Shown here one piece after another: positions 57,009-64,000 of a stretch of DNA of 64,000 nucleotides (positions are counted from its first letter, which is position 1; each line of letters opens with the position of its first letter). The DNA is from an uncultured Gammaproteobacteria bacterium (GTDB taxonomy: Bacteria; Patescibacteriota; Microgenomatia; UBA8517), in assembly GCA_964617045.1 (NCBI GenBank), contig CAZTVZ010000001.1:136763-200762 (forward strand), read 5' to 3'. The notes beneath the pieces were generated by a model. It searched no databases. It was not told the origin of the DNA and saw nothing but the letters and a program-made list of their open reading frames with translations. The translations under genes were made by a program, and so were the position numbers.

Positions 57009-58107
57009 TAATTATTTTGCAAACATCATTGATACTTTTATTGGTTAAAGTGCTATATGAAGGTAACAATAACCCTTTTTCAAAAAAATGTTCCGCATTT
57101 GGATATTTTTCTTTTTTATAATCTTCTTCATATAATTTTTGCAGATGCACAGGCCTAAAGAATCTTCTATTGTCTACTCCATTTTGTGTTAACAGTCTTT
57201 CCATTTTTTCTCTTTTTGTCTGATTATCAAATAATACTGCAGGGAACCAGTAATTGGGGTTTTGGGATTTTATCGGCTGGATAAAGCTGATTCCTTCAAC
57301 AAGCAGTTTCTTTTCCCACTCCCGATATACTCTTTTTCGCTCGGACAGGAGATGTTTAAATTTATTAAGCTGTGATAATCCCAATGCGGCTTGCAAACCC
57401 GTCATAACCAAGTTATATGCCATCATCTTATGGCTAAAGTGTTCTTCCTTATTAAAGTCGAAGAACGATATTTTCTTAATTTTATTTATGTAATCTTCAT
57501 TATTACTTGCGACAAACCCTCCGTTACCTGTCGTAATTATTTTATTAGCATATAAAGAAAAGCACGAAAGATCACCAAGGCTTCCCAATTTCGAACCTTT
57601 ATACTTTGATCCCATTGCTTCTGCCGCATCTTCGATCACAAATATATTATTAGATTTTGCAATTTTGGTAATTTCATCCATAGCGCAAGGATAACCATAA
57701 AGATGTACGGGAATAACTGCTTTCGTTTTTTTTGAAATCTTTTTTTGAAATTCATCTACGGACATATTCCAATCATTTTTGGATGTTGAATCAATAAGCA
57801 CCGGCGTAGCACCGGTCCACTTTACCGCATTGACAGTTGCTATCATCGTCAATGTCGGAATTATCACTTCGTCACCTTGTCCTATTCCCAAAGATTTCAG
57901 TGCTAAAAATATTGCGGAGGTTCCGCTATTAACTGCAGCTCCATGTTTTGTACCTGCGACCAAAGAAGAAAATCTTTTTTCGAATTTTGCGACGTAAGGA
58001 GATTTGCTGCTAATCCATGATGAATCGAAACATTTTAGAATCTCTCTTCTATCCTCTCGGGTTAAAGTCGGTTTGGATATTGGAATATTAAACTTTTTCA
58101 TCTCCAA
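56995..58107 (-). CDS. DegT/DnrJ/EryC1/StrS-family sugar aminotransferase
   Basis: VIEDAAEAMGS, and SFYANKIITTGNGG (SxxxNK). Confidence 0.8.
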   Translation of the reverse strand: MEMKKFNIPISKPTLTREDRREILKCFDSSWISSKSPYVAKFEKRFSSLVAGTKHGAAVNSGTSAIFLALKSLGIGQGDEVIIPTLTMIATVNAVKWTGATPVLIDSTSKNDWNMSVDEFQKKISKKTKAVIPVHLYGYPCAMDEITKIAKSNNIFVIEDAAEAMGSKYKGSKLGSLGDLSCFSLYANKIITTGNGGFVASNNEDYINKIKKISFFDFNKEEHFSHKMMAYNLVMTGLQAALGLSQLNKFKHLLSERKRVYREWEKKLLVEGISFIQPIKSQNPNYWFPAVLFDNQTKREKMERLLTQNGVDNRRFFRPVHLQKLYEEDYKKEKYPNAEHFFEKGLLLPSYSTLTNKSINDVCKIINENW

Positions 58108-58789
58108 TATTTAATGCCAATTTAATAGAAATTCCAATGTAGTTAACAAACATTTTTATTAAATTCGATTTACTTTTCCCATACCTTCTGTCAGGAGATA
58201 CATAAGGTACTTGAGTTATCTTTCCCTTGTTTCTTTTTACACCCATCAGCATTCTGAGATGATATTCCCCGTAACCCCTATAAACATGGTCGAAATTCAA
58301 TTTTCTTAGCACTTCTTTTTTTATTACATAGAAACCGCTCATGTTGTCCATAACGGGAAATCCAAGTATCTTATTAAGCAACAAATTAAAGGAATAAGTA
58401 AAAGGATATCTTATGTTTCCTTTCATTGCTTTCCTTTGAGCAACAACCAAATCATTTTTACCGATTTTTTCAATCAATTTAGGAATAATCTGGGGAGGAT
58501 GATTAAAATCTGAGTCCATTCCCACAAGGATATCTCCCTTAGCCTTTTCCATTCCATAACGGATAGATTTTGAAAGACCCTTGTCGGTTTTTCTTATAAA
58601 TATTCTTACTCTTTTGTTATTGGCAAATTTTTTTCTTGCATGATACCCGCCCTTGTCCGGACTGTCATCATCGACAACAATAATTTCAAAATCATATCGT
58701 TTTTTTCTCAGTACAATGTTTATTTCCGAAACCAACTCTAGAATATTTTCTTTTTCGTTAAAGGTGGGTATTACTACTGATATTTTCAT
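58088..58789 (-). CDS. Family 2 glycosyltransferase (polyprenyl-phosphate sugar synthase-like)
   Basis: ISVVIPTFNEKENI, and the DxD in IIVVDDDSPD. Confidence 0.8.
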   Translation of the reverse strand: MKISVVIPTFNEKENILELVSEINIVLRKKRYDFEIIVVDDDSPDKGGYHARKKFANNKRVRIFIRKTDKGLSKSIRYGMEKAKGDILVGMDSDFNHPPQIIPKLIEKIGKNDLVVAQRKAMKGNIRYPFTYSFNLLLNKILGFPVMDNMSGFYVIKKEVLRKLNFDHVYRGYGEYHLRMLMGVKRNKGKITQVPYVSPDRRYGKSKSNLIKMFVNYIGISIKLALNIGDEKV

Positions 58790-59508
58790 TTCTTTTTAGC
58801 CAAAGCAATTATCGACGATCCCCAAGGAAAGTCAAACCATTTTAGAATATATGCTTCAATTCGCAATAGGAACAACAACAAAATATTTATTGCTGGAATT
58901 ACTTCTTCTACATCCGATCCTTTTGCAACAAACTTATCCAAGACCACTCTTCTTAAAAACACGAGCGGGAATATGAAAAAATATATATATGAAATACGAA
59001 TGACCTGAAAGCCAGATTGTTCAAGCATTGTTCGCATCTCCAAACTCGAAAATCTTCTTACCCCTCCCAAATGCAAATCGTGAGAACTGTATAGACATGA
59101 CATTGCAGAATCGGTAACCAGTATATATCCTCCTTTTTTAATAATTGCTGCAACATTTTTAACTACCTTTTTTGGATCCGGTATATTTTTGTGATACAGA
59201 ACGTCGAACAAGGTAACCAAATCATATTTGTCTTTTATGCCGGACGTTTTATTCGCATCTCCAAGTCTAACTTTTATTTTTCTTTTCAGAGAGTATTTCA
59301 CAGCGCTTATGTCACTATCGATTCCTTCAACAACTCCGTATTTTGAAAGATGTTGAGTCATTCCACCCGTACCACATCCAACATCTAATATCTTTGAAAC
59401 GGAACCTTGGATTGGGTTAATAAATACATCAGCAAACGATCTTTTTGCCAAAAACCAAAAATGTTTGTTTTCGAGAGAAAACATTTTTACGTATTCGTTT
59501 TTATTCAT
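58786..59508 (-). CDS. Class I SAM-dependent methyltransferase
   Basis: Motif I ILDVGCGTGGMTQHL. Motif post-I VEGIDSD. Confidence 0.75.
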   Translation of the reverse strand: MNKNEYVKMFSLENKHFWFLAKRSFADVFINPIQGSVSKILDVGCGTGGMTQHLSKYGVVEGIDSDISAVKYSLKRKIKVRLGDANKTSGIKDKYDLVTLFDVLYHKNIPDPKKVVKNVAAIIKKGGYILVTDSAMSCLYSSHDLHLGGVRRFSSLEMRTMLEQSGFQVIRISYIYFFIFPLVFLRRVVLDKFVAKGSDVEEVIPAINILLLFLLRIEAYILKWFDFPWGSSIIALAKKK

Positions 59509-59509
59509 A

Positions 59510-61396
59510 TTATTTTTTTATTATTCGAAAAATTATTTCACCCGGTAAAACCACCGGGGGGATAGCCACGTACTTAGATTCATCTTGAATCAAATAATAT
59601 CTGCCTTCACCAAAGAATCTGCCATAACATTTTGTATTGTTCTCAATTATTACCTGAGTCTCTTTGCTCGATATTTTCTTGGTAAGAATATCAAGTTTAT
59701 CAGCTTCGGTAAAATAGCAGTTAGAATCTTTTTCTTTTGAAAAATCATATATTGCCCATCTTTTATCGGACCACACAAGACTACCACGGTATTTTTCCGC
59801 TATCTGAGACGCAAAATTCGGTTTATAAAAATAATCCAAAACAAGCAATTCGATATTTAGTGCCCTTACATAATTCTTCCAACCCGGATCATCAACAGAA
59901 TCCAATCTTGAGTTTTGGATGTGCATATCTTCAAAAACAGTACCCGTATATCCATTAACCAAAACGAAATCTTTTTGCATCGACATAATCATGTATTCGG
60001 TATTTGCAGCATTGCTTTCGTTTGTCGGTAGAAATGCAACATTTTTTTTGGACATATCGTAATTCGGAAATGATTGCGAATACTTGGGCATGTAATAAAT
60101 GTTTACAGTTTCAGCTCCGACGAGCAAAATAACAATAAGGGTGAACAGATTCTTCATCGATCTGTTCCTTATTTTATTGAACATCTTTTCATATGCGGAA
60201 CCAGCGATTAAGGCAATAAAAATAATTCCTACCAGCATTATTCTTCCCGGAGTTCTTGTTAACGACAATGTTGGGAAGATTTGAAATAGATAGTAGAAAG
60301 GCAGCTTTATGTTTTCATCATTTAGATTTAAAAATGGACCCAGGGAAATAATCATCGCAAAAAATGAAGAAATAACCCAAGCCCAATGTATTTTCTTCTT
60401 ACGAAGCAAAAACAAGAAAATAAGAGATAGCACGGTTGCTATTACCCCAGAAGATAAGGTCATTTCCAAACGATGCTTAAGCGTGTAGTCTAATCCAAAC
60501 AGATTAAATACTTTTTGTACTGTCAAATAGTAAATTCCGTTTGGGTTGCCTTCCAAATAACCAAAAACATTTCCGGAGTGATTTGCAGCCTCTTCGATTG
60601 AACGAGAGTAGTTTTCTTTTATCGAATAATCGCGATATGAGTCAAATATTTTTAATATGGGGAACAACGACAAAAACAAAATAACCAAAGATAAGACTAT
60701 TTGCCTAAGGTATTCTGTCTTCCCGCTTTTCTTAAGCTTTTCGAAAAATAAAAACATTCCGTAAGGGAACAACAAAATGAAGCTAAATAATGTTAATTGC
60801 ATATTATTTAATGCGTTAAGAACAACGATGCCGGCTAAGATAAGGGAATTTTTATTTCCCGGCTGTTCAATTATTTTGTGGATTAGAACAAGCAGGGGGG
60901 GTATAAAAATCCGAGACAGATACTCCATATGTCCCGGAAATCTAATCGTTACTAAGGGCGCGAAAGAAAAAATTACAGCCGCAATCAAGACAGCAATCTT
61001 ATTTTTTAGAAAATATTTGAATGAATAATAACTGCTTACAAAGGTTAAAACGAAAGATAACAATATTTTTATATTTGTAGAGAAAGCGACATTGTTGGTC
61101 AAATAATACGGTATTCCAAAAAGAACGAGTGATTGGAATGGTTGAAAATCGAATAAGGCAAGAATATTGGGAAAAGGATAGTGAATCGGAGGGCTAAACA
61201 GGGTCGAGTAACTTCCCGAAGTAATTTTCGAGAACACATACCACAAAGTCCAAGCATTTGATTCAAAATCTTCCCTTGGAAAATATACATTCGACAACTC
61301 TCTCATAAAAGGATAGGTTGCAAAATAAGTAAGAATAAGTGCCATTACGATTACCAGCAAAAATTCCGATACGATTTTATTAATTTTGTTTTTCAT
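59510..61396 (-). CDS. Large polytopic membrane protein, possibly a GT-C/YfhO-like glycosyltransferase
   Basis: About 12-14 TM helices with a soluble C-terminal domain. The context supports glycan assembly. No catalytic motif identified. Confidence 0.4.
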   Translation of the reverse strand: MKNKINKIVSEFLLVIVMALILTYFATYPFMRELSNVYFPREDFESNAWTLWYVFSKITSGSYSTLFSPPIHYPFPNILALFDFQPFQSLVLFGIPYYLTNNVAFSTNIKILLSFVLTFVSSYYSFKYFLKNKIAVLIAAVIFSFAPLVTIRFPGHMEYLSRIFIPPLLVLIHKIIEQPGNKNSLILAGIVVLNALNNMQLTLFSFILLFPYGMFLFFEKLKKSGKTEYLRQIVLSLVILFLSLFPILKIFDSYRDYSIKENYSRSIEEAANHSGNVFGYLEGNPNGIYYLTVQKVFNLFGLDYTLKHRLEMTLSSGVIATVLSLIFLFLLRKKKIHWAWVISSFFAMIISLGPFLNLNDENIKLPFYYLFQIFPTLSLTRTPGRIMLVGIIFIALIAGSAYEKMFNKIRNRSMKNLFTLIVILLVGAETVNIYYMPKYSQSFPNYDMSKKNVAFLPTNESNAANTEYMIMSMQKDFVLVNGYTGTVFEDMHIQNSRLDSVDDPGWKNYVRALNIELLVLDYFYKPNFASQIAEKYRGSLVWSDKRWAIYDFSKEKDSNCYFTEADKLDILTKKISSKETQVIIENNTKCYGRFFGEGRYYLIQDESKYVAIPPVVLPGEIIFRIIKK

Positions 61397-63368
61397 TTAT
61401 TTCGTTCCAAAAATTGATATTACATTTCAAATCAATAATATTCGAGAAATTGATACAGCAGGAAGAAGGTGTTTTAGTATCTACTATCTCAGTTTTATTG
61501 ACCTTCTCGCTATCCACAACGAACGGCAAATAATAATATCTGAAAACGAACTGCTGTGAATAACTGGATGCATCGATATCTTCTCCCGCAAAATGTATTT
61601 GAGTACAACCTCTTTTCTGCAAATCGACAAAACCATTCAAAAATTGATGATAATTCCGAGAATCAATATAGCCCCATCTTATATCCTCAAATCCCGATTC
61701 GTTATTTGCATTCCGAAATACACTTGCTGTTAACATCAAGACAATTAATACGATCGTAATTAATTTAACAATCAATTTAATTCCCGGGCTTCCAACAATT
61801 ATCGATATCATAAAGATAATTCCCAAATGGGCTATACCAAAAGTCCTTTCAACAAAAATGCAGGGGAAAATAATTGAAAAAACTGTCAAGCCAATCGTAC
61901 TTGCGATAAAAAGTCCATAACCGATCCAATAACCCAGGTTAGTTTTATCTTCCAACTTTTTCGCAACAAAAAAAGGAGATAAAAGCAGTAAAGCAGCAAC
62001 CGCATACCCGAAAACTTCTTCCCTTATTCTAAAGAAACTTTCGGCAATAATTTTTTTACTTGCAAAAATGATTCCAATTTTTTCCCCGTTTACACAATTT
62101 GACATAATTCTAGATGCCGGTTCCCAGCTTGCTCGTAGATAAAACAAGTTTGGCAATAAAACAATTCCCGATAGAACCAACGAAATGAAATATGCCTTTC
62201 GAATATTTGGCTTCAAAATTAAAAAAATGAAAATCTCAAAAATAAAGAATAAAACCGCTGAGTAGTGTGTATTAAATAAAAGAAAATTCGTAAGTATAAA
62301 TTTAATCATAGTAACAAAATTGTTTGTTTTATCTGTCGCATTGATAAACGATTGAATATTTTTGATTTGATACAGAGCCAGAGCAATCAGAAGGTTGTAA
62401 GGAGATATCCAAAAATTAACATTTATAAAATACGTGGAAAGCGAATAAAGAAACAAAGCAAAATATCTTGAAAAGTTGGAGTAGTGTTTGAAAATATCAT
62501 TAATCAAATAAAACGATAAAACAAATAATAAAATTGATGAAAATCTTAACCACTGTAAGTTGTTTGATACGCTACTCCATAATTTCAAAAAAGTAATATA
62601 TCCCGAAGGGTTGTTTTCAGGAATATGTACTGTTGTTAAAAGTTCGGGCATCGAGAACCTCTTCGCGGCATCAAAAATCATTGCTTCGTCCGCCCACATT
62701 GAAATATTTAACATTGAATCAATTCTTAAGATCAATCCAACAATTAATAAAATAAAGGCCAAAACCAAAGGTGCACCTGTCACTATCCTGATCATCGAAA
62801 ATGCAATCATTTTAACTGTTCTTAAAACGATCAATGTTTTGTTTATAAAATTGAGGTTATTAATCATATCCATATCCATCTCCATCCACTGAGTAAAACT
62901 GTTGTTGTGACTTCCGGAAACAACCCACAAAGAAGTGATGCCCGGATTAACAGAGAACCGCATGGAATATTTTTTACTTATTTTTCCGGCTTCTCCGGGA
63001 GGCAAAGGTCTTGGTCCAACAAAGGACATTTCCCCTTTTATGATATTGATAAGCTGGGGTAGTTCATCCAAGCCCGTGTGGGCAAGAACCCTTCCGAATT
63101 TGGTAAAACGCGGATCGTTATATATTTTAAATACCGGACCGTCTGCTTCATTGATTTTTTCATACCTTCCCTGGTGTTTTTCTGCTCCCACGTACATGGT
63201 ACGGAATTTGATAATTTTAAATATATTTTTATTTTTCCCCAAACGTTTTTGCAGGAAAAACGGATTCGAAAAATCCTGTACCCATATCAACATCGACACC
63301 AGTACAAACAGTGGTGAAAGAAGGATCAACAACAACACTGCGATTATTTTTTCAATAACGATTTGCAT
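61380..63368 (-). CDS. Fusion: polyprenyl-phosphate hexose-1-phosphate transferase (bacterial sugar transferase domain) plus a large C-terminal GT-C-like membrane domain
   Basis: N-terminal LSPLFVLVSMLIWVQD...KFRTM...GPVFKI..DPRFTKFGRVLAHTGLDELPQLINIIKGEMSFVGPRPL matches the WbaP/WcaJ catalytic domain. It is followed by about 12 TM helices. Confidence 0.7.
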   Translation of the reverse strand: MQIVIEKIIAVLLLILLSPLFVLVSMLIWVQDFSNPFFLQKRLGKNKNIFKIIKFRTMYVGAEKHQGRYEKINEADGPVFKIYNDPRFTKFGRVLAHTGLDELPQLINIIKGEMSFVGPRPLPPGEAGKISKKYSMRFSVNPGITSLWVVSGSHNNSFTQWMEMDMDMINNLNFINKTLIVLRTVKMIAFSMIRIVTGAPLVLAFILLIVGLILRIDSMLNISMWADEAMIFDAAKRFSMPELLTTVHIPENNPSGYITFLKLWSSVSNNLQWLRFSSILLFVLSFYLINDIFKHYSNFSRYFALFLYSLSTYFINVNFWISPYNLLIALALYQIKNIQSFINATDKTNNFVTMIKFILTNFLLFNTHYSAVLFFIFEIFIFLILKPNIRKAYFISLVLSGIVLLPNLFYLRASWEPASRIMSNCVNGEKIGIIFASKKIIAESFFRIREEVFGYAVAALLLLSPFFVAKKLEDKTNLGYWIGYGLFIASTIGLTVFSIIFPCIFVERTFGIAHLGIIFMISIIVGSPGIKLIVKLITIVLIVLMLTASVFRNANNESGFEDIRWGYIDSRNYHQFLNGFVDLQKRGCTQIHFAGEDIDASSYSQQFVFRYYYLPFVVDSEKVNKTEIVDTKTPSSCCINFSNIIDLKCNINFWNEINEKQN

Positions 63369-63397
63369 GATTACTAATATTAATCTAATATTGACCC

Positions 63398-64000
63398 GTG
63401 ACTAAATCAGCGGGGAATATCAAATCCAAGTTTACAATATATTTATTCATTATTATCTGCCTGTCTGTTGCCGCATTTATATTTATTAAACTTCAAGACA
63501 CCAACAAACAAGACTTATATGTAAAAGTTAAACTATCACAGGGCTATTGGTGGAGCGCAACGAGTAAACCAAATTATTGGATACCTTCAAGCATAAATTT
63601 GGGTAATTACGAAACAGACACGGGAGGAGTAATATCTGCAGAAATTATTGAAACAAGATACTATCCTTTCATTGAATATCAGGATGAAAATACAATTAGA
63701 GCCGAAACTCAATACAATGCATATGTCGTTGCAAAAATTAAAGCAACATATAACAAATCGCAAGGAAAATACTATTACAAAAGAGATAGCCTGACTATCG
63801 CCTCACCAATTGCAATTGAAACAACCAATACATTAATAAACGGAACAATTATGCAAATATCGGAATCGGAAATTCAGAATAATAGTAAAAACATTAAAGT
63901 CCTTTTGTCCAAACCAACATCTAATACCGGTACGTATGCTGTTAGGGGAGAAAAGTATTTTGACGGAACGGAAGATGTATTGGAAATCGTAAATTCATAT
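63398..64000 (+). CDS. Partial ORF (GTG start, runs off the window) encoding a membrane-anchored protein
   Basis: Manual translation is open from 63398 to the window end. N-terminal TM segment FTIYLFIIICLSVAAFIFI. No in-frame ATG until about 63851. Confidence 0.3.
   Translation, partial: MTKSAGNIKSKFTIYLFIIICLSVAAFIFIKLQDTNKQDLYVKVKLSQGYWWSATSKPNYWIPSSINLGNYETDTGGVISAEIIETRYYPFIEYQDENTIRAETQYNAYVVAKIKATYNKSQGKYYYKRDSLTIASPIAIETTNTLINGTIMQISESEIQNNSKNIKVLLSKPTSNTGTYAVRGEKYFDGTEDVLEIVNSY

Noticed and set aside
1-64000. CRISPR arrays, rRNA genes, transposase/IS elements
   Set aside because: No regularly spaced short repeats, no rRNA-like conserved stretches and no DDE transposase motifs were seen. 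The only repeats found are the A/B pair at 21.0 and 24.2 kb.

Overview
This is a low-GC bacterial chromosomal window. Gene content and organisation are consistent with a small-genome lineage such as Patescibacteria/CPR (inference from short proteins and a broken-up ribosomal cluster).

Three things stand out:
- An integrated element of roughly 11.5 kb (13.38-24.9 kb) appears to sit at the 3' end of tRNA-Trp. It carries a large serine recombinase, an XRE repressor, a wHTH replication-like protein, a PIN-like gene pair, many AT-rich small ORFs, and an OLD-family ATPase-TOPRIM nuclease operon with an uncharacterised 189-aa partner. That operon is flanked by near-identical repeats, and a neighbouring small gene shows an insertion-like 9-bp duplication. 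This operon is the best candidate for an undescribed defence system in the window.
- A three-gene RimK-like ATP-grasp / ATP-grasp-retropepsin / 7TM membrane module follows rplL where rpoBC would normally sit.
- A cell-surface glycan cluster (priming sugar transferase, GT2, two DegT aminotransferases, methyltransferases, GT-C-like membrane proteins) embeds an unusual trio: a Sec11/SipW-type S26 signal-peptidase domain fused to a minimal nucleotidyltransferase, a PqqD-like recognition protein and an HPr-kinase-like kinase.

The rest of the backbone is housekeeping: thyX (partial), topA, dprA, PBP2, mreB, def-fmt, rpmB, queA, tRNA-Thr/Tyr/Thr/Trp, rpmG, a sigma-70 factor, gmd, rpsU, rnhB, secE-nusG-rplKA-rplJL, and a MurF-like/FemAB-like cell-wall module.

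The motif TATAATTTCAT recurs at three transcription-unit starts. No CRISPR array or rRNA was seen.
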